Positions 28,368 through 42,034 of a DNA stretch of 64,000 nucleotides are shown here, piece by piece. The stretch's first letter is position 1. Every line of letters starts with the position of its first letter. Both the position numbers and the translations under genes were made by a program. The notes beneath the pieces are model-generated. The model saw only the letters and a program-made list of their open reading frames with translations, was not told where the DNA came from and did no database searches. Source of the stretch: the human T2T-CHM13v2.0 reference genome, Homo sapiens; NCBI RefSeq assembly GCF_009914755.1, contig NC_060937.1; one strand, 5' to 3'.

Positions 28368-29874
28368 TGTGTCCTGAATTGGTGGGTTCTTGGTCTCACT
28401 GACTTCAAGAATGAAGCCGCGGACCCTCGTGGTGAGTGTTACAGCTCTTAAGGTGGCGCGTCTGGAGTCTGTCCCTTCTGATGTTCAGATGTGTTTGGAG
28501 TTTCTTCCTTCTGGTGGGTTCGTGGTCTCGCTGGCTCAGGAGTGAAGCTGCAGACCTTCGCAGTGAGTGTTACAGCTCTTAAGGTGGCACGTCTGGAGTT
28601 GTTCGTTCCTCCCGGTGGGCTCGTGGTCTTGCTGGGCTCAGGAGTGAAGCTGCAGATCTTCGCGGTGAGTGTTACAGCTCATAAAAGCAGCGCGGACCCA
28701 AAGAGTGAGCAGCAGCAAGATTTATTGCAAAGAGCAAAAGAACAAAGCTTCCACAATGTGGAAGGGGACCCAAGTGGGTTGCCAATGCTGGCTCGGGCAG
28801 CCTGCTTTTATTCTCTTATCTGGCCCCACCCACATCCTGCTGATTGGTAGAGCCGAGTGGCCTGTTTTGTCAGGGTGCTGATTGGTGCATTTACAATCCC
28901 TGAGGTAGATACAAAGGTTCTCCACGTCCCCATCAGATTAGTTAGATGCAGAGTTTTGACACACAGGTTCTCCAAGGCCCCACCAGAGCAGCTAGATACA
29001 GAGTGTCGATTGGTGCATTCACAAAACTTGAGCTAAACACAGGGTGCTGATTGGTGTATTTACAATCCCTGAGCTAGACATAAAGGTTCTCCAAGGCCCC
29101 ACCAGAGCAGCTAGATACAGAGTGTTGATTGGTGCACTCACAAACCTTGAGCTAGACACAGGGTGCTGATTGGTGTGTTTACAATCCCTGAGCTAGATAT
29201 AAAGACTCTCCATGTCCCCACCAGACTCAGGAGCCCAGCTGGCTTCACCTAGTGGATCCCACACCAGGGCTGCAGGTGGAGCTGCCTGCCAGTCCCACGC
29301 CGTGCGCTCGCATTCCTCAGCCCTTGGGTGGTCGATGGGACTTGGCGCCATGGAGCAGGGAGTGGTGCTCGTTGGGGAGGCTTGGGCCGCACAGGAGACC
29401 ATGGAGTGGGTGGGAGGCTCAGGCATGGCGGGCTGCAGGTCCCGAGCCCTGCCCCGCGGGAAGGCAGCTAAGGCTCGGTGAGAAATCGAGTGCAGCGCCG
29501 GTGGGCTGGCACTGCTGGGGGACCCAGTGCACCCTCCGCAGCCACTGGCCCGGGTGCTAAGTCCCTCATTGCCCGGGGCCAGCAGGGCTGGCCGGCTGCT
29601 CCGAATGGGGGCCCGCCAAGCCCATGCCCACCCAGAACTCCAGCTGGCCCGCAAGTGCCGCACACAGCCCCGGTTCCCGCTGGCGCCTCTACCTCCACAC
29701 CTCCCTGCAAGCTGAGGAAGTGGGCTCCAGCCTTGGCCAGCCCAGAAAGGGGCTCCCACAGTGCAGCGGTGGGCCGAAAGGCTCCTCAAGTGCCGCCAAA
29801 GGGGGAGCCCAGGCAGAGGAGGCGCCGAGAGTGAGCGAGGACTGTGAGGACTGCCAGTACACTGTCACCTCTCA
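28368..29874 (-). mobile_element. LTR12C solo LTR (ERV9)
   Basis: tgtgtcctgaattggtgggttcttggtctcactgacttcaagaatgaagccgcggacc...ctgtcacctctca; 4-bp TSD attc; tandem CCAAT repeats. Confidence 0.97.
28780..29180 (-). promoter_or_regulatory. LTR12C U3 enhancer/promoter with CCAAT (NF-Y) array and AATAAA-type TATA box
   Basis: Six gattgg boxes between about 28840 and 29175; cttttattctc at about 28805 (AATAAAAG on minus). Confidence 0.7.
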
Positions 29875-31144
29875 ATTCCAGGCCTTGACTCTAGGATGGC
29901 ATTTCTGAATCTGCCCTGGGATAGAGGGAGTCCCAGGTCAGGCAGCATTCACCACAAGCTGAAGAGCCCTTGGGCCTTGAGTAAACATTGGCACTAGCCA
30001 GGCAGTACTCACCACAGGCCTGGGGCAGTGGTGGTAAAGGGGAGAGACTCTTCTCCTTATGGAAAGGAGAGAGAAGAGTGGGAAGGGCTTTGTCTTGTGC
30101 CTTGGGTTCCAGCTCAGCCACAGTAGACTAGTGTACCAGGTAGATTCCTAAGGTTTGTGGCTCCTGGACAGCATCTCTGGACATGTCTGGAGCTGGGGGA
30201 ACTTGCTAACCTGAAGGGAAGGACACAAGCCTGGCTGGTTTGCCACTTGTTGGTTGTAGAGCTCTGGGGCCTTGAAAAAAACATAGGCAGTAGTCATAGT
30301 GGTTACTGTGGGCCTTGAGTGAGATTCAGTACCATGCTGGCTTCAGGTCTGACCCAGCACAGCCTCAGTGGTGGTGGCCACAGGAGTGCTTGTGCCACCC
30401 CTCTCTAGCTCCAGGTTGCTCAGCACAGAGACTACATTTGTTTGGGAGAAAGTAAGGGAAGAGAACAAGAACTTCTGCCTGGTAATCCAGAGAATTGTCC
30501 TGGATCTTATAGAAGACCACCAAGGCAGTGCCTCCAAAAGTCTGCAAGAGCTACATTGTTACCTGGTTTGGGGTGCCCCCTAAGGCAGATACCTGGAAAA
30601 TATTCCCAAGAAGGGCAGGTACAAACAAATCCGGACTGCAAAGACTACAAAAGGTATTTAACTCTTCAATGCCCAGACACTGACAAATATCCATAAGCAT
30701 CAAGACCATCTAGGAAAACATGACCTCACCAAACAAACTAAGGAACCAGAGACCAATCCTAGAGAGACAGAGATTTGGTTTTTCAGACAGATAATACAAA
30801 ATACCTTTTTTTTTTTGAGGAAACTTAAAAGCTCAAGATAATACAGAGAAGGAATTCAGAATTTTATCAGATAAATTGAAAAGAGATTGAAATAATTTTT
30901 AGACATCAAGCAGAAAATCTGGAGTTGAAAAATGCAGTTGACACACTGAAGAATGCATCAGTCTTTTACCAGCAGAACTGATCAAGCAGAAGAAAGAATT
31001 AGTGAGTTTGAAGACTGGCTATTTGAAAATACAGTCAGAGGAGAAAACAGAAAAAGAATGAGAAAGAATGAAGCATGTCTACAACTTCTAGAAAATAGCC
31101 TGAAAAGGCCAAATCTAAGAGTTACTCATCTTAAAGAAGATATA

Positions 31145-31166
31145 TGTGTGTGTGTGTGTGTGTGTG
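31145..31166. repeat. (TG)n microsatellite inside L1 ORF1
   Basis: tgtgtgtgtgtgtgtgtgtgtg. Confidence 0.9.
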
Positions 31167-32222
31167 GTGGTGGGTTGGGGGTTGGTTTTCAAAGGGATAA
31201 TAAAAGAGAACTCCCCAAACTTAAAGATATCAATATTCAAGTACAAGAATGTTATGGAACACTGAGAAGATTTAACCCAAATAAGACTATTTCAACTTAG
31301 TAATCAAACTCCCAAATGTCAAGGATATAAAGAAAGGATTCTAAAAGCAACCAGAGAAAAGAAAGAAAGAACATACAATGGAGCTCCAAAACATCTGGCA
31401 GCAGACTTTCCAGTGGAAACCTTACAGGCCAGGAGAGAGTGGCATGACATATTTAAAATGCTGAAGGAAAAAAAAAACCAAACTTTTATCCTAGAATAGT
31501 ATATCCAGTGAAAATATCCTTCAAATGCAGAGAAATAAACAATTTCCCAGACAAACAAAAGGTGAGGGATTTCATCAACACTGAACCAGGCCTAAAAGAA
31601 ATGCTAAAAGGAATTCTTCAGTCTGAAAGAAAAGGACATTAATGAGCAATAAGAAATCAGCTGAAGGTGTAAAACTCACTGGTAATAGTAAGTATACAGA
31701 AATACACAGAATATTATAACACTGTAATTGTATGTAATCTCATATCTTGAATTATACTAGAGTAAAAGAGAAAGTAATAAAAAATAACTACAACATTTCA
31801 AGACATTCAATAAGATAGAAACAACAAAGTTAAAAAGCAGGGGGAAAAAGTTAAAGTGTAGTTTTTATTAGTTTTCTCTTTGCTTGTTTGTACAATCATT
31901 ATTAAGTTGTCATGACTTTAATGTGTTAAATTATTCACAAGCCACATGTAACCTCAAATCAAAAAACATACAATGGATACACACACACACAAAGCAAGAA
32001 ATTAAAACATATTATCGAAAAAATCACCTTCACTAAAAAGAACAAAGAAGGAAAGAGATCACAAAACACCAGAAAAATTAACCAAAATGGCAGGAGTATG
32101 TCCCTACTTAATAATAAGATTGAATGGAAATGAACAAAATGCTCCAATGAAAAGACAAAGACTAGTTAAATGGATGAAAAAGCAAGACCCAATTATCTGT
32201 TGCCTAGAAGAAACACACTTCA

Positions 32223-32763
<541 letters not shown>

Positions 32764-32992
32764 CTATACAATAATAGCTGGAGACTTCACCACCTCACTT
32801 TCAGAATTGTACAGGTCATTCAGACAGAAAATTAACAAAAACATTGGACTTACTCTGAACTAAAGACCAAATGGACCTAATATTTACAGAACATTTCATT
32901 CAATGGCTGCAGCATACACGGTCTTCTCAACATACGGATCATTGTCAAGGATTGATCATATGTTAGGGCATAAAACAAGTCTTAAAAAATTA

Positions 32993-33367
<375 letters not shown>

Positions 33368-35084
33368 TCAAAGAAGAACTTAAGAAGGAAATTGAAAAAT
33401 TTCCTGAAATAAATCATAATGGAAACATACCAAAATCTATGAGATACAGTGAAAGCAGTACTAAGAGGAAAGTTTATAGATATAAGTGCCTACATCAAAA
33501 AAAAATAGAAAAACTTCAAAGAAACAACATAACAGTACATCTTAGAGAATTAGAAAAGCAAGAGCATGCCAAACCCAAAATTAGTAGAAGGAAAGAAATA
33601 ATAAAGATCAGAGCAGAAATAAATAAAATTGAAAGGAAAAGAACAGTACATAAGATCAATGAAATAAAAACTTGTTTTTTTAAAGATAAATAAAATTGAT
33701 AAAAACCTTTAGCCAGACTAAGAAAAAAATGAGAGAAGACCCAATAAGTCAGAGATGAAAAACAAGACATTACAACTGATACCACAGAAATTGAATGGAT
33801 CATTAGAGGCTGCTATGAGCAATTATATGCCAATAAATTGGAAAACCTGGAAGAAATGGATAAATTCCTAGACACATACCACCTACTAAGATTGAACCAC
33901 GAAGAAATCCAAAACCTGAATAGATCAATAAGAAGTGACAAAATTGAAGCGGTAATAAAAAGTCTCCTGGCAACAAAAAGAAAGGGGGAAAAAAAAAAAA
34001 AACAAAACCGTACCTGAGAGCTTCACTACTGAATTCTGAATTTTGCCAAGCATTTAAAGAAGAACTAATGCCAATTCTACTCAAACTGTTGAAAAAAATA
34101 GGGAAGGAAATATTTCAAAACTTGTTCTATGAGACCTGTACTACCCTCGTACCAAAATCAGAACAACACATCAAAAAACAAAAACAAACAAAACACACAC
34201 AAAAAAACCCTACAGCTCAGTTTTTCTGATGGACATTGATGTAAAAATTCTCAACGTATCAGCAAACTGAACTCAACAATACGTTAAAAAGATCATCTAC
34301 CATTTTCAAGTGAGACTTATCCCAGGGAAGCAAGGATAGTTCAACATATGCAAATCAATTATTGTGATACATTGTATCAAGATGAAGGACAAAAATCATA
34401 TGATTGTTTCAACTGATGTTGAAAAAGGATTTGACAAAATTCAACATCCCTTTATGATTAAAAACTCTCAAAGAACTGAGTGTAGAAAGAACATACCTCA
34501 AAATAAAAAAAGTTATATATGACAGTATGGAGCTATACTGAATGGGATGTCATACTGAATAGGGAAAAACTGAAAACCTTCTAAGATCTAGAACATGACA
34601 AGGATGCCCAATTTCACCACTGCTATTCAAAATGGTACTGGAAGTCCTAGCTACAGCAATCAGACAAGAGTAAGAAAGGACATCCATATTGAAAGGAAAA
34701 AGTCAAATTATCCTTGTTTGTAGATTATATGGTTTTATATTTGGAAAAACCTAAGGACTTCACTAAAAAGCTATTTGAACAGTAAAATTCAGTAAAGTTG
34801 CAGGATATAAAATCAATACACCGAATTAGTAGAATTTCTATATGCCAATGACAAACAATCTTAAAATAAATCAAGAAATAATCCTGTTTACAATAGGTAC
34901 AAATAAAACATTTTCTTTATAAAACAATAGGTACAAATAAAACTATAGAAAGACAGACTTTGCATGTTCTGACTTATTTGTTGGAGCTAAAAATTAAAAC
35001 AATTGAACTTAGAGTAGAAGCGTCATTACCAGAGGCAGGAAAGGTATTTACAGGAAGAGGAAATGTTTAAAAATATAGTTTGAT

Positions 35085-36484
35085 GGACTATACCACAAGG
35101 CTACAGCAACCAAAATAGCATGGTACTGGTACCAAAACAGATATATAGACCAATGGAGTAGAACAGAGGCCTCAGAAATAATGCTGTACATCTATAACCA
35201 TCTGATCTTTGATAAACCTGACAAAAGGAATGGGGAAAGGATTTCCTATTTAATAAATGGTGTTGGGAAAACTGGCTACCCATGTGCAGAAAACCGAAAC
35301 TGGACCCCTTCCTTACACCTTATACAAAAATTAACTCAAGATGGATTAAAGACTTAAGCATAAGACCTAAAACTATAAAAACCCTAGAAGAAAACCTAGG
35401 CAATACCATTCAGGACATAGGCATGGGCTAAGACTTCATGACTAAAACACCAAAAGTAATGGCAACAAAAGTCAAAATCGACAAATGGGATGTAATTAAA
35501 GAGCTTCTGTACAGCAAAAGAAACTATCATCAGAGTGAAAAGGAAACCTGCAGAATGGGAGAAATTTTTTGCAATCTATCCATCTGACAAAGGGCTAATA
35601 TCCAGAATATACAAAGAACTTAAACAAATTTACAAAAAAAAAAAAACCCCATCAAAAAGTGGGTGAAGGATATGAACAGACACTTCTCAAAATAAGACAT
35701 TTATGCACCCAACAAACACATGAAGAAAAGCTCATCATCATTGGTCATTAGAGAAAAGCAAATCAAAACCACAATGAGATACCATGTCATGCCAGTTAGA
35801 ATGGAGATCATTAAAAAGTCAGGAAAGAACAGATGCTGGAGAGGATGGGGAGAAATAGGAACGCTTTTACACTTTTGGTGGGAGTGTAAATTAGTTAAAC
35901 CATTGTGGATATAGTGTGGCAATTCCTCAAGGATCTGGAACCACAAATACCATTTGACCCACAAACCCATTACTGGGTATATACCCAAAGGATTATAAAT
36001 CATTCTACTATAAAGACACATGCACAAGTATGTTTATTGGAGCACTGTTCACAATAGCAAAGACTTGGAACCAACCCAAATGCCCATCAGTGATAGACTG
36101 GATAAAGAAAATGTGGCACATATACAACATGGAATACTATGCAGCCATAAAAAGGATGAGTTCATGTCCTTTGCAGGGATATGGATGAAACTGGAAACCA
36201 TCATTCTCAGCAAACTAACACAGGAACAGAAAACCAAACATGGCATGTTCTCACTCATAAGTGGGGGTTGAACAATGAGAACACAGGGACACAGGGAGGG
36301 GAATATCACATACCAGGGCCTCTCACGGGGTGGGGGGTTGGGGAGGGATAGCATTAGGAGAAATACCTAATGTAGATGATGGGTTGATGGGTGCAGCAGA
36401 CCACCATGGCCTGTGTATACCTATGTAACAAACCTGCATGTTCTGCACCTGTGTCCCTGAAATTAAAGTATAATTTAAAAAAAA
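35085..36484 (+). mobile_element. L1PA (about PA7) 3' 1.4 kb inserted in the L1MA 3' UTR
   Basis: ORF2 C-terminus (KKSGKNRCWRG...), L1PA 3' UTR; TSD aaaaatatagtttgat (35069-35084 / 36539-36554). Confidence 0.92.
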
Positions 36485-36813
36485 TGGATCACAGAGACAA
36501 ATATAAAAATAAAATCGTACAACTTCTAGAAGAAGGAAAAAAATATAGTTTGATTGTATAAGTTCTAGTATGCGACAACACAATAGGGTGACTACAGTCA
36601 ACAATCATTTATTGTACATTTAAAAATAACTGAGTTTAATTGGATCATTTGTAACACGAAGGAAAAATGCTTGAGATGATGGAAACCCCACTTAACGTTG
36701 ATATGATAATTTCACATTATATTACTCTATCAACATGTCATGTAACCCACAAATATATATACCTGCTATGTTCCTACAAAATTTAAAAATAAAAAACTTT
36801 ACAGAAAATTCAA

Positions 36814-39636
36814 CCCTTTTCTTATTTTCTCCAGGAATATCTTGCCAGTGGTGGTTGTGGCTCTGGCATTTACTCCAAGATAATTTTGCCGTAAGATATC
36901 TCACCTTTATTATTATTTTAGCATTACTCTAGTATATTGACTTTGGAACAAAGCACATCATTCTATTTATAGCATTCTGTTTTTATTAGTGGTATTTCCA
37001 TTTATAAAATATAGTAATTCTTGATTGCTAAAGATGTCAAATCCTAGAAAACATAGCATTTCTACACATGATGTTAACATTGTTCTCAAAGAGTTGTTGG
37101 CCAAATGTATTACACCATTTTCATGTTGCTGATAAAGACATACCTGAGACTGGGTAATTTATGAAGAAAAAGAGGTTTAGTGGACTCACAGTTCCACATG
37201 ACTGGGGAGGCCTCACAATCACGGTGGAAGGTAAAAGGCACATTTTATGTAGTGGCAGACAAGATAGAATGAGAGCCAGGTGAAAAGGGAAACTTCTTAT
37301 AAAACCATCAGATCTCATGAGACTTATTTACTACCATGAGAACAGTATGGGAGAAACTGTCCCCATGATACAATTTATCTCCCACTATGTTCCTCCAACA
37401 ACATGTGGGAATTATGGGAGCTATAATTCAAGATGAGATTTGTGTGGGGTCGCAGCCAAACCATATGATTCCACCCCAGCCCCTCCCAAATCTCATATCC
37501 TCATATTTCAAAACAAATCAAGTCTTCCTGACAGTCCCCCAAAGTCTTAACCCATTTTAGCATTAATTCAAAAGTCCACAGTCCAAAGTCTCATCTGAGA
37601 CAGGGCAAGTCCCTTCTGCCTATGAGCCTATAAAATCAAAAGCAAGTTAGTTCCTTCCTAGATACAATGAAGGTACAGGTGTTAGATAAACATATCCATT
37701 CCAATGGGAGAAACTGGCCAAAATGAAGGGCTAAAGGCCCCATGCAAGCCTGTGATCCAATGGGGCAGTGAAATCTTAAAGCTCCAAAATAATCTCCTTT
37801 GACTTCATGTCTCACATCCAGGTTATACTGATGTAAAAGGTGGGTTCCCATGGTCTTGGGCAGCTCTGCCCCTGTGGCTTTGCAGGGTACAGCTTCCCTC
37901 CTGGCTGCTTTTAGGGGCTGGCATTGAGTGTCTGTGGCTTTTCCAGGTGCACAGTGCAAGCTATGAGTGGATCTACCATTCTGGGGTCTGGATGATGGTG
38001 GCCATCTTCTCACAGCTCCACTAGGCAGTGGCCCAGTGGAGACTTAGTGTGGGGGATCCAACCCCACATTTCCCTTCCACACTGCCCTAGCAGAGGTTCT
38101 CCATGAGGGCCCCGCCCCTGCATCACACTTCTGCCTGGGCATTCAGGCATTTCTATACATCCTCTGAAATCTAGGTGGAGGTTTCTAAACCTCAATTCTT
38201 GACTTCTGTCCACCCATAAGCTCAATACCATGTGGAAGCTGCCTTCTTGAGGCTTGTACCCTTTGAAGCCATGGTCTGAGCTGTTCCTTGGCCCCTTTTA
38301 GCCATGGCTAGAACAGCTGGGACACAGTCCCTAGGTAGGCTTCACCAATCCATGAAACCATATTTTCCTCCTAGGCCTTCAGGCCTATGATGCAAGGGGT
38401 TGCTGTGAAGGTCTCTAACATGCCCTGGAGACATTTTCCCTGTAGTCTTGGTGATTAACATTTGGCTCCATGTTACTTATGCAAATATCCACAGCCATCT
38501 TGAAATTCTCCTCAGAAAATGGGTTTTTCTTTTCTACTGCATCATCAGGCTGCAAATTTTCCAAACTTTTATGCTCTGTTTCCTTTTTAAAACTGAATAC
38601 TTTTAACAGCACCCAAGTTACCTTTTGAATGCTTTGCTGATTAGAAATTTCTTCTGCCAGATACCCTGAATCATCTCCGTCAAGTTCAGAGTTCCACAAA
38701 TCTCTAGGGCAGGAGCAAAATGCCACCAGTCTCTTTGCTAAAACATAGCAAGAGTCACCTTTACTCCAGTTCCCAACAAGTTCCTTATCTCCATCTGAGA
38801 CCATCTCAGCCTGAATTTCATTGTCCATATCATTATCAGCATTTTGGGCAAAACCATTTAACAAGTCTCAGGAAGTTCCAAACTTTCCCACATCTTTCTG
38901 TCTTCTGAGCCCTCCAAGTCTCTGGGAAGTTCCAAACTTTCCCATGTTTTTCTGTCTTCTTCTGAGCTCTCCAAACAGTTCCAGCCTCTGCCTGTTACCC
39001 AGTTCCAAAGTTGCTTCCACGTTTTCAGGTATCTTTACAGCACCACCCCACTGCCCGGTACCAATTTAATGTATTAGTCCATTTTCATGCTGCTGATAAA
39101 GACATACCTGAGACTGGGTAATTTATAAAGAAAAAAAGGTTAATGGACTTGGTTCTACATGGCTGGGGAGACCTCACAATCATGGCAGAAGGTTGAAGGC
39201 ACGTTTTACATAGCGGCAGACAAGAGAGAATAAGAACCAAGCAAAAAGGAAAACCCTGTATAAAACCATCAGATCTCCTGAGATTTACTACTATGAGATC
39301 AGTATGGGGGAACTGCCCCATGATTCAATTATCTCCCTCTGAGTCCCTCCCACAACACATGGGAATTATGGAAGCTGAAATTCAAGATGAGATTTGGGTG
39401 GGGACACAGCCAAACCATATCACTGAGTTTCATTTGATAAATCTGATCTTTCTGAAATAGATGATTCTGATGATTCAGATGATTCTGATGTTCCATTTAG
39501 AAATAACTCTAAGGACAGTTTTTATGTTTTATTTTTACATTGAAAATCAGTCAGATTTGCTTCAGAGTGTGTTCATATAAAATTAAATGAGCGCTGGCAG
39601 TGAGCTGTACTTTTGTTTTTCTAAACAAGAAAAGGC
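36814..39636 (+). mobile_element. MER75 (piggyBac non-autonomous) split by THE1
   Basis: Starts cccttttc after tcaa (decayed TTAA) and ends gaaaaggc followed by ttaa; internal ctagtatattgactttggaac and gatgattctgatgattcagatgattctgatg match MER75. Confidence 0.88.
37106..39422 (-). mobile_element. Complete THE1 (B/C-like) MaLR provirus: 3' LTR 37106-37468, internal region, 5' LTR 39070-39422
   Basis: Two homologous LTRs (tgtatta...aaaccatat); internal MaLR ORF remnant 38415-38864 (GDKELVGNWSKGDSCYVLAKRL). Confidence 0.95.
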
Positions 39637-39641
39637 TTAAA

Positions 39642-41262
39642 AAAGAGGTTTATTCTGAACCAATATGAATTACCATGGCTTGGGGTTATGCAATCTCAAG
39701 AGGTCCTGAGGAAGTGCCCCTGAGGTGATCAGGATACAGTTTCATTTTATACATGTAAACCAAAAATGAAATTTGAAGGCCCCCTTCAACCATCTGAATG
39801 AACTTCATTCTTGGCCAGGGCACTCTAAAATTTAACCTGAAAGACTGGTTAAGGCCATGATGGGAACTGGGGGTTGGACACGACTCATTATACCCCTCCG
39901 GCATTAACATCAACACAAACCTTAAGTCTCATAAGAAATATTTACTGTTTATTCTCTCTAAAGCCTGCCCTCTTGGAGACTTCATCTGCATGATAAAACC
40001 TAGGTCTCCACAACCCCTTGGCATAAACCAGACATTCCTTTCTATTATAACTCTTTCAACCAATTGCTAATCAGAATATGTTTAAATCTACCTATGACCT
40101 AGAAGCCCCTGCTTTGAGTTGTCCTGCCCTTCCAGATGAAACCAATGTGAATCTTACATGTATTGATGTGTATGTCTCCCTAAAATGTATAAAAGCAAGC
40201 TGTACCCCAGCCACTTTGGGTACATGTCATCAGAATCTCCTGAGGCTGTGTCACAGGCACATTCTGAACCTTGGCAAGATAAACTTTCTAAGTTGATTGA
40301 GACTTGTCTCACATCTTTGGCTTACATACATCTCAAGGAGACAGGTATTATAGGTAAAATAATAAATCAATACATGGAAGCTATACATTGGTTTGAATGG
40401 AAAAGGCAAGGCATTTCAAAGCAAGGTCTTACAAGTCATAGGTGGGAATCCTTCAGTTGACAATTGCTTGAGAGAATTGAGTTATTATCTAAAGACTTGA
40501 AGTCAGTAGAAAAGTGTGCTTGATTTAAGTTAATGGGGTTGTAGGGTCCTTTGGCCCTCTGAATGTTTGCTGAAAATCACTGATATGAGATAGATTGATT
40601 AAATAAATTTGTATGCCTTTTTTTCCTATTAATGTGTACACAGCCTTCAGAATGAAAACACCACCTGTCAATGAGGTTCGGAAGCTTATATATCATCCCG
40701 AGGTTACAGAATAAATGCAAGCTCAGATCATGGCCAAAAACAGGTTTTAGCAGCAAGAAGAGTTATGGGAAGGAGAAAGGAAGAGGCTTCGCTAGCAAAG
40801 GTGGCCTTGTTATGTAGATGAAGCCTCATAGGTAGCAGCCCTCAGAGAGAACAGATGGTGAAAGTCTCTTTTCAGACATTGAAAGGTGTCAGACTCAATC
40901 TCCCCTAGATCTAGGAAAGGCCTAGAAAGGGAAGTCATGACTACATTAATGGAGATTCTTTACAGATGCAAATTTCCCCCACAAAAGACAGGTTTGCAAG
41001 GCCATTTCAGTCTGTTGCCCTTGAGGCAACCATTTGAAAATAAATAATCAGGACCAAATAATCAAAAAAATAATCAGGGTCTTTATTTGTCGTGTGATGT
41101 TATATCAGAGTCAGATTGCAAAGTCAGTCAGGTAATACTGGGTTCATTAAAAAAAAAAAAAACTCATCTAATGAGATTTTTATGGTTTGTAGGGTATAAT
41201 CCTCCAGGCTCCTTCATTGGGAATCTGGGCAAGAGAAAAAAAACCTGAGTTTCCTTCTTACA
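39642..41262 (-). mobile_element. MER4-group ERV1 LTR sequence (continuation of 27185; 40540-41262 may be a second related LTR)
   Basis: ctcaagaggtcctgag...gttatgtagatgaagcctc...cagatgcaaatttcccccacaaaagacag. Confidence 0.65.
39754..40326 (+). mobile_element. MER4B/C-like solo LTR inserted in the opposite orientation
   Basis: tgtaaaccaaaaatgaaatt...ctttggcttaca; perfect 4-bp TSD taca. Confidence 0.85.
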
Positions 41263-41340
41263 ACCACTCAGTAGAACATGGAAGGTTTAATTTGCATGCA
41301 AGTGCCATGATCCCCATGGTAGAACCTGGTCTAATATCTT

Positions 41341-41582
41341 AGTGGTTTAGGAGCTTGGATTCTGCTGCCAGATTGCCAGGATTTGAATCTTGCCTCCCCT
41401 ACTCACTACCTGTATTACTTTGGACGAGTTACTTAACTAATTTGTGCCTCATTTTACTTATCTGGAAAATAAAGAAAATAATGGTGCCTACCTCAAAGGA
41501 CTGTTTTAAGGGTTGATTTGGTATCAGTAAAACATTGGGTACAGTGCCTGGCATGTAGTAGGCACTATTTAAGTTTTAGCTA
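41341..41582 (+). mobile_element. MIR, near full length
   Basis: agtggtttaggagc...ggatttgaatcttgcctcc...gtgcctggcatgtagtaggcact. Confidence 0.85.
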
Positions 41583-42034
41583 CACTAAAAAAAAAAGAGA
41601 AATGCCCGAGGATACTCATGGGCAGCATTCAGGGCTGTTTCAACCAAGAAGAATAGGCCTAGATAGGCCAAGAGCTTGTTGTAAGGCAGATAGAGTCAGG
41701 ATGTATAAATCTGGTTTATAGTCATTTGGTGGGAATTTGAAGGGGAAAATGTGGAACACATGATATATGATCTCTTAATAAATTATCTTCCAGAAAAATT
41801 CCTGCTAGGGAAATCATACCAGGTTTCTGGGGTGGGGCTATATTGGGTACCTAGTGAGTCATGTTAATGAGCCGTGTATAGCCTTAAGGCCATATTGGTA
41901 TCCAGGAGCCCGATGATGCTCTATGCTATAGCTTAATAGTGGATTTCGGCACAAATAGGGGATCATATTTCCCCTTTCAGTGTACTACAGGTAAGAGGAA
42001 GTTGAAAAGTGACAATTCATGGTGAGGTAAAATA

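Noticed and set aside
28870-29200. Regularly spaced repeats superficially like a CRISPR array
   Set aside because: These are the known tandem enhancer repeats of ERV9/LTR12; the spacers are not unique and the context is eukaryotic.
29193-29908. Cluster of long overlapping ORFs (up to 198 aa) and a CpG-island-like stretch
   Set aside because: Lies within or at the edge of the GC-rich LTR12C U3; stop-codon scarcity explains the ORFs, and it is not a host gene.
36326-36347. G-quadruplex-like G-runs
   Set aside because: Ordinary L1PA 3' UTR G-rich tract.
38415-38864. 149-aa ORF
   Set aside because: Standard MaLR/THE1 internal ORF remnant, frameshifted from its continuation; not a cellular gene.
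38866-38976. ~53-bp tandem duplication in the THE1 internal region
   Set aside because: I recall it as a feature of some THE1-int consensus sequences, so it is probably not locus-specific.
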